Shown piece by piece: positions 11,401-24,700 of a DNA stretch of 64,000 nt (position 1 is the stretch's first letter; every line of letters begins with the position of its first letter). The DNA is from Eledone cirrhosa (taxonomy: Eukaryota), in assembly GCA_964016885.1 (NCBI GenBank), contig OZ024758.1, positions 40,114,001 through 40,178,000 of the forward strand, read 5' to 3'. The notes under the pieces are model-generated. The model did not search any database and had not been told where the DNA came from. It saw only the letters and a list, made by a program, of their open reading frames with translations. Position numbers and translations under genes: made by a program.

Positions 11401-14400
11401 CTTAGCTTAGGATAGCTTAGCTTAGCTTAGCTTAGGATAGCTTAGGATAGCTTAGCTTAGGATAGCTTAGGATAGCTTACCTTAGGATAGCTTAGCTTAG
11501 GATAGCTTAGCTTAGGATAGCTTAGGATAGCTTAGCTTAGCTTAGCTTAGGATAACTTAGCTTAGCTTAGCTTAGGATAGCTTAGCTTAGCTTAGCTTAG
11601 GATAGCTTAGCTTAGCTTAGGATAGCTTAGCTTAGCTTAGCTTAGGATAGCTTAGCTTAGCTTAGCTTAGGATAGCTTAGCTTAGGATAGCTTAGCTTAG
11701 GATAGCTTAGCTTAGGATAGCTTAGGATAGCTTAGCTTAGGATAGCTTAGGATAGCTTAGCTTCGGATAGCTTAGCTTAGCTAAGGATTGCTTAGCTTAG
11801 GATAGCTTAGGATAGCTTAGCTTAGCTTAGCTTAGGATAGCTTAGGATAGCTTAGCTTAGGATAGCTTAGCTTAGGTTAGCTTAGCTTAGCTTAGCTTAG
11901 GATAGCTTAGGATAGCTTAGCTTAGCTTAGGATAGCTTAGCTTAGCTTAGCTTAGGATAGCTTAGCTTAGCTTAGGATAGCTTAGCTTAGCTTAGCTTAG
12001 GATAGCTTAGCTTAGCTTAGCTTAGGATAGCTTAGCTTAGCTTAGCTTAGGATAGCTTAGCTTAGCTTAGGATAGCTTAGGATAGCTTAGGATAGCTTAG
12101 CTTAGCTTAGGATAGCTTAGCTTAGCTTAGCTTATGATAGCTTAGCTTAGCTTAGCTTAGGATAGCTTAGCTTAGCTTAGGATAGCTTAGCTTAGCTTAG
12201 CTTAGGATAGCTTAGCTTAGCTTAGCTTAGGATAGCTTAGCTTAGCTTAGCTTAGGATAGATTAGCTTAGCTTAGCTTAGGATAGCTTAGCTTAGCTTAG
12301 CTTAGGATAGCTTAGCTTAGCTTAGCTTAGGATAGCTTAGCTTAGCTTAGGATAGCTTAGCTTAGCTTAGGATAGCTTAGCTTAGCTTAGGATAGCTTAG
12401 CTTAGCTTAGCTTAGCTTAGGAGAGCTTAGCTTAGCTTAGCTTAGGATAGCTTAGCTTAGCTTAGCTTAGGATAGCTTAGCTTAGCTTAGGATAGCTTAG
12501 CTTAGCTTAGCTTATCTTAGCTTAGGATAGCTTAGCTTAGCTTAGCTTAGGATAGCTTAGCTTAGCTTAGCTTAGGATAGCTTAGGATAGCTTAGCTTAG
12601 GATAGCTTAGGATAGCTTACCTTAGGATAGCTTAGCTTAGGATAGCTTAGCTTAGGATAGCTTAGGATAGCTTAGCTTAGCTTAGCTTAGGATAACTTAG
12701 CTTAGCTTAGCTTAGGATAGCTTAGCTTAGCTTAGCATAGGATAGCTTAGCTTAGCTTAGGATAGCTTAGCTTAGCTTAGCTTAGGATAGCTTAGCTTAG
12801 CTTAGCTTAGGATAGCTTAGCTTAGGATAGCTTAGCTTAGGATAGCTTAGCTTAGGATAGCTTAGGATAGCTTAGCTTAGGATAGCTTAGGATAGCTTAG
12901 CTTCGGATAGCTTAGCTTAGCTAAGGATTGCTTAGCTTAGGATAGCTTAGGATAGCTTAGCTTAGCTTAGCTTAGGATAGCTTAGCTTAGCTTAGGATAG
13001 CTTATCTTAGCTTAGGATAGCTTAGCTTAGCTTAGGATAGCTTAGCTTAGCTTAGGATAGCTTAGCTTAGCTTAGCTTAGGATAGCTTAGCTTAGCTTAG
13101 CTTAGGATAGCTTAGCTTAGCTTAGCTTAGGATAGCTTAGCTTAGCTTAGCTTAGGATAGCTTAGCTTAGCTTAGCTTAGGAGAGCTTAGCTTAGCTTAG
13201 CTTAGGATAGCTTAGCTTAGCTTAGGATAGCTTAGCTTAGCTTAGCTTAGGATAGCTTAGCTTAGCTTAGTTTAGGATAGCTTAGCTTAGCTTAGCTTAG
13301 CTTAGGATAGCTTAGCTTAGCTTAGCTTAGCTTAGGATAGCTTAGCTTAGCTTAGGATAGCTTAGCTTAGCTTAGCTTAGGATAGCTTAGCTTAGCTTAG
13401 GATAGCTTAGCTTAGCTTAGCTTAGGATAGCTTAGCTTAGCTTAGGATAGCTTAGCTTAGCTTAGCTTAGCTTAGGATAGTTTAGCTTAGCTTAGCTTAG
13501 CTTAGGATAGCTTAGCTTAGCTTAGGATAGCTTAGGATAGCTTAGCTTAGGATAGCTTAGCATAGCTTAGCTTAGGATAGCTTAGCTTAGGATAGCTTAG
13601 CTTAGGATAGCTTAGGATAGCTTAGCTTAGCTTAGCTTAGGATAGCTTAGCTTAGCTTAGCTTAGGATAGCTTAGCTTAGCTTAGCTTAGGATAGCTTAG
13701 GATAGCTTAGCTTAGGATAGCTTAGGATAGCTTAGCTTAGGAAAGCTTAGGATAGCTTAGCTTAGGATAGCTTAGGATAGCTTAGCTTAGGATAGCTTAG
13801 GATAGCTTAGCTTAGCTTAGCTTAGGATAGCTTAGCTTAGCTTAGCCTAGGTAGCTTAGCTTAGCTTAGCTTAGGATAGCTTAGGATAGCTTAGCTTAGG
13901 ATAGCTTAGGATAGCTTAGCTTATGATAGCTTAGCTTAGGATAGCTTAGGATAGCTTAGCTTAGGATAGCTTAGCTTAGGATAGCTTAGGATAGCTTAGC
14001 TTAGCTTAGCTTAGGATAGCTTAGCTTAGCTTAGGATAGCTTAGCTTAGCTTAGCTTAGCTTAGGATAGCTTAGCTTAGCTTAGCTTAGGATAGCTTAGC
14101 TTAGCTTAGCTTAGGATAGCTTAGGATAGCTTAGCTTAGGATAGCTTAGGATAGCTTAGCTTAGGATAGCTTAGGATAGCTTAGCTTAGGATAGCTTAGG
14201 ATAGCTTAGCTTAGGATAGCTTAGGATAGCTTAGCTTAGCTTAGCTTAGGATAGCTTAGCTTAGCTTAGCTTAGGTAGCTTAGCTTAGCTTAGCTTAGGA
14301 TAGCTTAGGATAGCTTAGCTTAGGATAGCTTAGCTTAGCTTAGGATAGCTTAGCTTAGCTTAGCTTAGGATAGCTTAGCTTAGCTTAGCTTAGGATAGCT

Positions 14401-17400
14401 TAGCTTAGCTTAGGATAGCTTAGCTTAGCTTAGCTTAGGATAGCTTAGCTTAGCTTAGGATAGCTTAGCTTAGCTTAGCTTAGCTTAGGAGAGCTTAGCT
14501 TAGCTTAGGATAGCTTAGCTTAGCTTAGCTTAGGATAGCTTAGCTTAGCTTAGGATAGCTTAGCTTAGCTTAGCTTATCTTAGCTTAGGATAGCTTAGCT
14601 TAGCTTAGCTTAGGATAGCTTAGCTTAGCTTAGCTTAGGATAGCTTAGGATAGCTTAGCTTAGGATAGCTTAGGATAGCTTACCTTAGGATAGCTTAGCT
14701 TAGGATAGCTTAGCTTAGGATAGCTTAGGATAGCTTAGCTTAGCTTAACTTAGGATAACTTAGCTTAGCTTAGCTTAGGATAGCTTAGCTTAGCTTAGCT
14801 TAGGATAGCTTAGCTTAGCTTAGGATAGCTTAGCTTAGCTTAGCTTAGGATAGCTTAGCTTAGCTTAGCTTAGGATAGCTTAGCTTAGGATAGCTTAGCT
14901 TAGGATAGCTTAGCTTAGGATAGCTTAGGATAGCTTAGCTTAGGATAGCTTAGGATAGCTTAGCTTCGGATAGCTTAGCTTAGCTAAGGATTGCTTAGCT
15001 TAGGATAGCTTAGGATAGCTTAGCTTAGCTTAGCTTAGGATAGCTTAGGATAGCTTAGCTTAGGATAGCTTAGCTTAGGTTAGCTTAGCTTAGCTTAGCT
15101 TAGGATAGCTTAGGATAGCTTAGCTTAGGATAGCTTAGCTTAGCTTAGGATAGCTTAGCTTAGCTTAGCTTAGGAGAGCTTAGCTTAGCTTAGCTTAGGA
15201 TAGCTTAGCTTAGGATAGCTTAGGATAGCTTAGCTTAGCTTAGGATAGCTTAGCTTAGCTTAGCTTAGGATAGCTTAGCTTAGCTTAGCTTAGGATAGCT
15301 TAGCTTAGCTTAGCTTAGGATAGCTTAGCTTAGCTTAGCTTAGGATAGCTTAGCTTAGCTTAGGATAGCTTAGGATAGCTTAGGATAGCTTAGCTTAGCT
15401 TAGGATAGCTTAGCTTAGCTTAGCTTATGATAGCTTAGCTTAGCTTAGCTTAGGATAGCTTAGCTTAGCTTAGGATAGCTTAGCTTAGCTTAGCTTAGGA
15501 TAGCTTAGCTTAGCTTAGCTTAGGATAGCTTAGCTTAGCTTAGCTTAGGATAGATTAGCTTAGCTTAGCTTAGGATAGCTTAGCTTAGCTTAGCTTAGGA
15601 TAGCTTAGCTTAGCTTAGCTTAGGATAGCTTAGCTTAGCTTAGGATAGCTTAGCTTAGCTTAGGATAGCTTAGCTTAGCTTAGGATAGCTTAGCTTAGCT
15701 TAGCTTAGCTTAGGAGAGCTTAGCTTAGCTTAGCTTAGGATAGCTTAGCTTAGCTTAGCTTAGGATAGCTTAGCTTAGCTTAGGATAGCTTAGCTTAGCT
15801 TAGCTTATCTTAGCTTAGGATAGCTTAGCTTAGCTTAGCTTAGGATAGCTTAGCTTAGCTTAGCTTAGGATAGCTTAGGATAGCTTAGCTTAGGATAGCT
15901 TAGGATAGCTTACCTTAGGATAGCTTAGCTTAGGATAGCTTAGCTTAGGATAGCTTAGGATAGCTTAGCTTAGCTTAGCTTAGGATAACTTAGCTTAGCT
16001 TAGCTTAGGATAGCTTAGCTTAGCTTAGCATAGGATAGCTTAGCTTAGCTTAGGATAGCTTAGCTTAGCTTAGCTTAGGATAGCTTAGCTTAGCTTAGCT
16101 TAGGATAGCTTAGCTTAGGATAGCTTAGCTTAGGATAGCTTAGCTTAGGATAGCTTAGGATAGCTTAGCTTAGGATAGCTTAGGATAGCTTAGCTTCGGA
16201 TAGCTTAGCTTAGCTAAGGATTGCTTAGCTTAGGATAGCTTAGGATAGCTTAGCTTAGCTTAGCTTAGGATAGCTTAGCTTAGCTTAGGATAGCTTATCT
16301 TAGCTTAGGATAGCTTAGCTTAGCTTAGGATAGCTTAGCTTAGCTTAGGATAGCTTAGCTTAGCTTAGCTTAGGATAGCTTAGCTTAGCTTAGCTTAGGA
16401 TAGCTTAGCTTAGCTTAGCTTAGGATAGCTTAGCTTAGCTTAGCTTAGGATAGCTTAGCTTAGCTTAGCTTAGGAGAGCTTAGCTTAGCTTAGCTTAGGA
16501 TAGCTTAGCTTAGCTTAGGATAGCTTAGCTTAGCTTAGCTTAGGATAGCTTAGCTTAGCTTAGTTTAGGATAGCTTAGCTTAGCTTAGCTTAGCTTAGGA
16601 TAGCTTAGCTTAGCTTAGCTTAGCTTAGGATAGCTTAGCTTAGCTTAGGATAGCTTAGCTTAGCTTAGCTTAGGATAGCTTAGCTTAGCTTAGGATAGCT
16701 TAGCTTAGCTTAGCTTAGGATAGCTTAGCTTAGCTTAGCTTAGGATAGCTTAGCTTAGCTTAGCTTAGCTTAGGATAGTTTAGCTTAGCTTAGCTTAGCT
16801 TAGGATAGCTTAGCTTAGCTTAGGATAGCTTAGGATAGCTTAGCTTAGGATAGCTTAGCATAGCTTAGCTTAGGATAGCTTAGCTTAGGATAGCTTAGCT
16901 TAGGATAGCTTAGGATAGCTTAGCTTAGCTTAGCTTAGGATAGCTTAGCTTAGCTTAGCTTAGGATAGCTTAGCTTAGCTTAGCTTAGGATAGCTTAGGA
17001 TAGCTTAGCTTAGGATAGCTTAGGATAGCTTAGCTTAGGAAAGCTTAGGATAGCTTAGCTTAGGATAGCTTAGGATAGCTTAGCTTAGGATAGCTTAGGA
17101 TAGCTTAGCTTAGCTTAGCTTAGGATAGCTTAGCTTAGCTTAGCCTAGGTAGCTTAGCTTAGCTTAGCTTAGGATAGCTTAGGATAGCTTAGCTTAGGAT
17201 AGCTTAGGATAGCTTAGCTTATGATAGCTTAGCTTAGGATAGCTTAGGATAGCTTAGCTTAGGATAGCTTAGCTTAGGATAGCTTAGGATAGCTTAGCTT
17301 AGCTTAGCTTAGGATAGCTTAGCTTAGCTTAGGATAGCTTAGCTTAGCTTAGCTTAGCTTAGGATAGCTTAGCTTAGCTTAGCTTAGGATAGCTTAGCTT

Positions 17401-18320
17401 AGCTTAGCTTAGGATAGCTTAGGATAGCTTAGCTTAGGATAGCTTAGGATAGCTTAGCTTAGGATAGCTTAGGATAGCTTAGCTTAGGATAGCTTAGGAT
17501 AGCTTAGCTTAGGATAGCTTAGGATAGCTTAGCTTAGCTTAGCTTAGGATAGCTTAGCTTAGCTTAGCTTAGGTAGCTTAGCTTAGCTTAGCTTAGGATA
17601 GCTTAGGATAGCTTAGCTTAGGATAGCTTAGCTTAGCTTAGGATAGCTTAGCTTAGCTTAGCTTAGGATAGCTTAGCTTAGCTTAGCTTAGGATAGCTTA
17701 GCTTAGCTTAGGATAGCTTAGCTTAGCTTAGCTTAGGATAGCTTAGCTTAGCTTAGGATAGCTTAGCTTAGCTTAGCTTAGCTTAGGAGAGCTTAGCTTA
17801 GCTTAGGATAGCTTAGCTTAGCTTAGCTTAGGATAGCTTAGCTTAGCTTAGGATAGCTTAGCTTAGCTTAGCTTATCTTAGCTTAGGATAGCTTAGCTTA
17901 GCTTAGCTTAGGATAGCTTAGCTTAGCTTAGCTTAGGATAGCTTAGGATAGCTTAGCTTAGGATAGCTTAGGATAGCTTACCTTAGGATAGCTTAGCTTA
18001 GGATAGCTTAGCTTAGGATAGCTTAGGATAGCTTAGCTTAGCTTAGCTTAGGATAACTTAGCTTAGCTTAGCTTAGGATAGCTTAGCTTAGCTTAGCTTA
18101 GGATAGCTTAGCTTAGCTTAGGATAGCTTAGCTTAGCTTAGCTTAGGATAGCTTAGCTTAGCTTAGCTTAGGATAGCTTAGCTTAGGATAGCTTAGCTTA
18201 GGATAGCTTAGCTTAGGATAGCTTAGGATAGCTTAGCTTAGGATAGCTTAGGATAGCTTAGCTTCGGATAGCTTAGCTTAGCTAAGGATTGCTTAGCTTA
18301 GGATAGCTTAGGATAGCTTA
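8500..18320 (+). repeat. ~3.2-3.3 kb higher-order repeat, 3 tandem units, each with an older internal duplication
   Basis: CCTAGGTAG occurs at 10644, 13847 and 17145; TAGGT at 8564, 11877 and 15080. The CGGA...CTAAGGATTGC cluster occurs twice per unit: 9701, 11764, 12904, 14967, 16197, 18265. Confidence 0.92.
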
Positions 18321-21300
18321 GCTTAGCTTAGCTTAGGATAGCTTAGCTTAGCGTAGGATAGCTTATCTTAGCTTAGGATAGCTTAGCTTAGCTTAGGATA
18401 GCTTAGCTTAGCTTAGGATAGCTTAGCTTAGCTTAGCTTAGGATAGCTTAGCTTAGCTTAGCTTAGGATAGCTTAGCTTAGCTTAGCTTAGGATAGCTTA
18501 GCTTAGCTTAGCTTAGGATAGCTTAGCTTAGCTTAGCTTAGGAGAGCTTAGCTTAGCTTAGCTTAGGATAGCTTAGCTTAGCTTAGGATAGCTTAGCTTA
18601 GCTTAGCTTAGGATAGCTTAGCTTAGCTTAGCTTAGGATAGCTTAGCTTAGCTTAGCTTAGCTTAGGATAGCTTAGCTTAGCTTAGCTTAGCTTAGCTTA
18701 GGATAGCTTAGCTTAGCTTAGGATAGCTTAGCTTAGCTTAGCTTAGGATAGCTTAGCTTAGCTTAGGATAGCTTAGCTTAGCTTAGCTTAGGATAGCTTA
18801 GCTTAGCTTAGCTTAGGATAGCTTAGCTTAGCTTAGCTTAGCTTAGGATAGTTTAGCTTAGCTTAGCTTAGCTTAGGATAGCTTAGCTTAGCTAAGGATA
18901 GCTTAGGATAGCTTAGCTTAGGATAGCTTAGGATAGCTTAGCTTAGGATAGCTTAGCTTAGGATAGCTTAGCTTAGGATAGCTTAGGATAGCTTAGCTTA
19001 GCTTAGCTTAGGATAGCTTAGCTTAGCTTAGCTTAGGATAGCTTAGCTTAGCTTAGGATAGCTTAGCTTAGCTTAGGATAGCTTAGCTTAGCTTAGCTTA
19101 GGATAGCTTAGCTTAGGATAGCTTAGCTTAGGATAGCTTAGCTTAAGTCAGCTTAGCTTAGCTTAGCTTAGGATAGCTTAGGATAGCTTAGCTTAGGATA
19201 GCTTAGCTTAGCTTAGCTTAGGATAGCTTAGCTTAGCTTAGCTTAGGATAGCTTAGCTTAGCTTAGCTTAGGATAGCTTAGCTTAGGATAGCTTAGGATA
19301 GCTTAGCTTAGCTTAGCTTACGATAGCTTAGCTTAGGATAGCTTAGGATAGCTTAGCTTAGCTTAGCTTAGCTTAGGATAGCTTAGCTTAGCTTAGGATA
19401 GCTTAGCTTAGCTTAGCTTAGGATAGCTTAGCTTAGCTTAGCTTAGGATAGCTTAGGATAGCTTAGGATAGCTTAGCTTAGCTTAGCTTAGGATAGCTTA
19501 GCTTAGCTTAGCTTAGGATAGCTTAGCTTAGCTTAGCTGAGGATAGCTTAGCTTAGCTTAGCTTAGCTTAGGATAGCTTAGCTTAGCTTAGGATAGCTTA
19601 TCTTAGCTTAGCTTAGGATAGCTTAACTTAGGATAGCTTAGCTTAGCTTAGGATAGCTTAACTTAGGATAGCTTAGCTTAGCTTAGGATAGCTTAACTTA
19701 TCTTAGCTTAGGATAGCTTAGCTTAGCTTAGGATAGCTTAGCTTAGCTTAGCTTAGGATAGCTTAGCTTAGCTTAGGATAGCTTAGCTTAGCTTAGGATA
19801 GCTTAGCTTAGCTTAGCTTAGGATAGCTTAGCTTAGCTTAGCTTAGGATAGCTTAGCTTAGCTTAGCTTAGGATAGCTTAGCTTAGGATAGCTTAGCTTA
19901 GGATAGCTTAGCTTAGGTTAGCTTAGCTTAGCTTAGCTTAGGATAGCTTAGGATAGCTTAGCTTAGGATAGCTTAGCTTAGCTTAGCTTAGGATAGCTTA
20001 GCTTAGTTTAGCTTAGGATAGCTTAGCTTAGCTTAGCTTAGGATAGCTTAGCTTAGGATAGCTTAGGATTGCTTAGCTTAGCTTAGCTTAGGATAGCTTA
20101 GCTTAGCTTAGCTTAGGATAGCTTAGCTTAGCTTAGGATAGCTTAGCTTAGCTTAGCTTAGGATAGCTTAGCTTAGCTTAGCTTAGGATAGCTTAGCTTA
20201 GCTTAGCTTAGGATAGCTTAGGATAGCTTAGGATAGCTTAGCTTAGCTTAGCTTAGGATAGCTTAGCTTAGCTTAGGATAGCTTAGCTTAGCTTAGCTTA
20301 GGATAGCTTAGCTTAGCTTAGGATAGCTTAGCTTAGCTTAGCTTAGGATAGCTTAGCTTAGCTTAGCTTAGGATAGCTTAGCTTAGCTTAGCTTAGGATA
20401 GCTTAGCTTAGCTTAGCTTAGCTTAGGATAGATTAGCTTAGCTTAGGATAGCTTAGCTTAGCTTAGCTTAGGAAAGCTTAGCTTAGCTTAGGATAGCTTA
20501 GTTTAGCTTAGCTTAGGAGAGCTTAGCTTAGGATAGCTTAGGAAAGCTTAGCTTAGCTTAGCTTAGGATAGCTTAGCTTAGCTTAGCTTAGGATAGCTTA
20601 GCTTAGCTTAGGATAGTTTAGCTTAGCTTAGCTTAGGATAGCTTAGCTTAGCTTAGCTTAGGATAGCTTAGCTTAGCTTAGCTTAGGATAGCTTAGCTTA
20701 GCTTAGGATAGCTTAGCTTAGCTTAGCTTAGGATAGCTTAGCTTAGCTTAGGATAGCTTAGCTTAGATTAGCTTAGGATAGCTTAGCTTAGCTTAGCTTA
20801 GGATAGCTTAGCTTAGGATAGCTTAGCTTAGCTTAGCTTAGGATAGCTTAGCTTAGCTTAGCTTAGGATAGCTTAGCTTAGCTTAGCTTAGGATAGCTTA
20901 GCTTAGCTTAGCTTAGTATAGCTTAGCTTAGCTTAGCTTAGTATAGCTTAGCTTAGCTTAGCTTAGGATAGCTTAGCTTAGCTTAGCTTAGGATAGCTTA
21001 GCTTAGCTTAGCTTAGGATAGCTTAGCTTAGCTTAGCTTAGGATAGCTTAGCTTAGCTTGGCTTAGGATAGCTTAGCTTAGCTTGGCTTAGGATAGCTTA
21101 GCTTAGCTTAGCTTAGGATAGCTTAGCTTAGCTTAGCTTAGGATAGCTTAGCTTAGCTTAGCTTAGGATAGCTTAGCTTAGCTTAGCTTAGGATAGCTTA
21201 GCTTAGTTTAGGATAGCTTAGCTTAGCTTAGCTTAGGATAGCTTAGGATAGCTTAGCTTAGGATAGCTTAGGTTAGCTTAGCTTAGGATAGCTTAGGATA

Positions 21301-21749
21301 GCTTAGGTTAGGATAGCTTAGCTTAGGATAGCTTAGTATAGCTTAGCTTAGGATAGCTTAGGATAGCTTAGCTTAGGATAGCTTAGGATAGCTTAGCTTA
21401 GGATAGCTTAGCTTAGGATAGCTTAGGAAAGCTTAGCTTAGCTTAGCTTAGGATAGCTTAGCTTAGCTTAGCTTAGGATAGCTTAGCTTAGCTTAGCTTA
21501 GGATAGCTTAGGATAGCTTAGGATAGCTTAGCTTAGGATAGCTTAGCTTAGGAGAGCTTAGCTTAGGATAGCTTAGGATAGCTTAGCTTAGGATAGCTTA
21601 GGATAGCTTAGCTTAGGATAGCTTAGCTTAGGATAGCTTAGGATAGCTTAGCTTAGCTTAGCTTAGGATAGCTTAGCTTAGCTTAGCTTAGGATAGCTTA
21701 GCTTAGCTTAGCTTAGGATAGCTTAGCTTAGGATAGCTTAGGATTGCTT

Positions 21750-24700
21750 AGCTTAGCTTAGCTTAGGATAGCTTAGCTTAGCTTAGCTTAGGATAGCTTA
21801 GCTTAGCTTAGGATAGCTTAGCTTAGCTTAGCTTAGGATAGCTTAGCTTAGCTTAGCTTAGGATAGCTTAGCTTAGCTTAGCTTAGGATAGCTTAGGATA
21901 GCTTAGGATAGCTTAGCTTAGCTTAGCTTAGGATAGCTTAGCTTAGCTTAGGATAGCTTAGCTTAGCTTAGCTTAGGATAGCTTAGCTTAGCTTAGGATA
22001 GCTTAGCTTAGCTTAGCTTAGCTTAGGATAGCTTAGCTTAGCTTAGCTTAGGATAGCTTAGCTTAGCTTAGCTTAGGATAGCTTAGCTTAGCTTAGCTTA
22101 GCTTAGGATAGCTTAGCTTAGCTTAGCTTAGGATAGATTAGCTTAGCTTAGGATAGCTTAGCTTAGCTTAGCTTAGGAAAGCTTAGCTTAGCTTAGGATA
22201 GCTTAGCTTAGCTTAGCTTAGGAGAGCTTAGCTTAGCTTAGCTTAGGATAGCTTAGCTTAGCTTAGCTTAGGATAGCTTAGCTTAGCTTAGGTAGCTTAG
22301 CTTAGCTTAGCTTAGGATAGCTTAGCTTAGCTTAGCTTAGCTTAGCTTAGGATAGCTTAGCTTAGCTTAGCTTAGGAGAGCTTAGCTTAGCTTAGCTTAG
22401 GATAGCTTAGGATAGCTTAGCTTAGGATAGCTTAGGATAGCTTACCTTAGGAGAGCTTAGCTTAGGATAGCTTAGCTTAGGATAGCTTAGCTTAGGATAG
22501 CTTAGGATAGCTTAGCTTAGCTTAGCTTAGGATAGCTTAGCTTAGCTTAGCTTAGGATAGCTTAGCTTAGGTTAGCTTAGCTTAGCTTAGCTTAGCTTAG
22601 GATAGCTTAGCTTAGGATAGCTTAGGATAGCTTAGGATAGCTTAGCTTAGGATAGCTTAGCTTAGGATAGCTTAGGATAGCTTAGCTTAGGATAGCTTAG
22701 GATAGCTTAGCTTAGGATAGCTTAGCTTAGGATAGCTTAGGATAGCTTAGCTTAGCTTAGCTTAGGATAGCTTAGCTTAGCTTAGCTTAGGATAGCTTAG
22801 CTTAGCTTAGGATAGCTTAGCTTAGCTTAGCTTAGGATAGCTTAGGATAGCTTAGCTTAGGATAGCTTAGGATAGCTTAGCTTAGGATAGCTTAGGATAG
22901 CTTAGGATAGCTTAGCTTAGCTTAGCTTAGGATAGCTTAGCTTAGCTTAGCTTAGGATAGCTTAGCTTAGCTTAGCTTAGGATAGCTTAGCTTAGCTTAG
23001 GATAGCTTAGCTTAGCTTAGCTTAGGATAGCTTAGCTTAGCTTAGCTTAGGACAGCTTAGCTTAGCTTAGCTTAGGATAGCTTAGCTTAGCTTAGGATAG
23101 CTTAGCTTAGCTTAGCTTAGGATAGCTTAGCTTAGCTTAGCTTAGGATAGCTTAGCTTAGGATAGCTTAGCTTAGGATAGCTTAGCTTAGGTTAGCTTAG
23201 CTTAGCTTAGCTTAGGATAGCTTAGCTTAGCTTAGCTTAGGATAGCTTAGCTTAGCTTAGCTTAGGATAGCTTAGCTTAGCTTAGGATAGCTTAGGATAG
23301 CTTAGCTTAGGATAGCTTAGCTTAGCTTAGCTTAGGATAGCTTAGCTTAGCTTAGCTTAGGATAGCTTAGCTTAGCTTAGCTTAGGATAGCTTAGCTTAG
23401 CTTAGGATAGCTTAGGATAGCTTAGCTTAGGATAGCTTAGGATAGCTTAGCTTAGGATAGCTTAGGATAGCTTAGCTTAGGATAGCTTAGGATAGCTTAG
23501 CTTAGGATAGCTTAGCTTAGGATAGCTTAGCTTAGCTTAGCTTAGGATAGCTTAGCTTAGGATAGCTTAGGATAGCTTAGCTTAGGATAGCTTAGCTTAG
23601 GATAGCTTAGGATAGCTTAGCTTAGCTTAGCTTAGGATAGCTTAGCTTAGCTTAGCTTAGGATAGCTTAGCTTAGCTTAGGATAGCTTAGATTAGCTTAG
23701 CTTAGGATAGCTTAGCTTAGCTTAGCTTAGGATAGCTTAGCTTAGCTTAGCTTAGGATAGCTTAGCTTAGGATAGCTTAGCTTAGGATAGCTTAGCTTAG
23801 GTTAGCTTAGCTTAGCTTAGCTTAGGATAGCTTAGGATAGCTTAGCTTAGGATAGCTTAGCTTAGCTTAGCTTAGGATAGCTTAGCTTAGTTTAGCTTAG
23901 GATAGCTTAGCTTAGCTTAGCTTAGGATAGCTTAGCTTAGGATAGCTTAGGATTGCTTAGCTTAGCTTAGCTTAGGATAGCTTAGCTTAGCTTAGCTTAG
24001 GATAGCTTAGCTTAGCTTAGGATAGCTTAGCTTAGCTTAGCTTAGGATAGCTTAGCTTAGCTTAGCTTAGGATAGCTTAGCTTAGCTTAGCTTAGGATAG
24101 CTTAGGATAGCTTAGGATAGCTTAGCTTTGCTTAGCTTAGGATAGCTTAGCTTAGCTTAGCTTAGGATAGCTTAGCTTAGCTTAGCTTAGGATAGCTTAG
24201 CTTAGCTTAGGATAGCTTAGCTTAGCTTAGCTTAGGATAGCTTAGCTTAGCTTAGCTTAGGATAGCTTAGCTTAGCTTAGCTTAGGATAGCTTAGCTTAG
24301 CTTAGCTTAGGATAGATTAGCTTAGCTTAGGATAGCTTAGCTTAGCTTAGCTTAGGAAAGCTTAGCTTAGCTTAGGATAGCTTAGTTTAGCTTAGCTTAG
24401 GAGAGCTTAGCTTAGCTTAGGATAGCTTAGCTTAGCTTAGCTTAGGATAGCTTAGCTTAGCTTAGCTTAGGTAGCTTAGCTTAGCTTAGCTTAGCTTAGG
24501 ATAGCTTAGCTTAGCTTAGCTTAGGAGAGCTTAGCTTAGCTTAGCTTAGGATAGCTTAGGATAGCTTAGCTTAGGATAGCTTAGGATAGCTTACCTTAGG
24601 AGAGCTTAGCTTAGGATAGCTTAGCTTAGGATAGCTTAGGATAGCTTAGCTTAGGGTAGCTTAGCTTAGGATAGCTTAGCTTAGGATAGCTTAGGATAGC

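Larger units (their letters stand above)
1..21710 (+). repeat. Long-range duplicated block, copy 1 (left end truncated by the window)
   Basis: Ordered barcode variants TGAGC 51, CTCAGTA 1786, TCGGA 6932, TTCGC 7587, GGAAGC deletion ~8241, GCGTAGG 18353, TTAAGTCAGC 19146 and GGAGAG 21554 all recur in the same order in copy 2. Confidence 0.93.
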
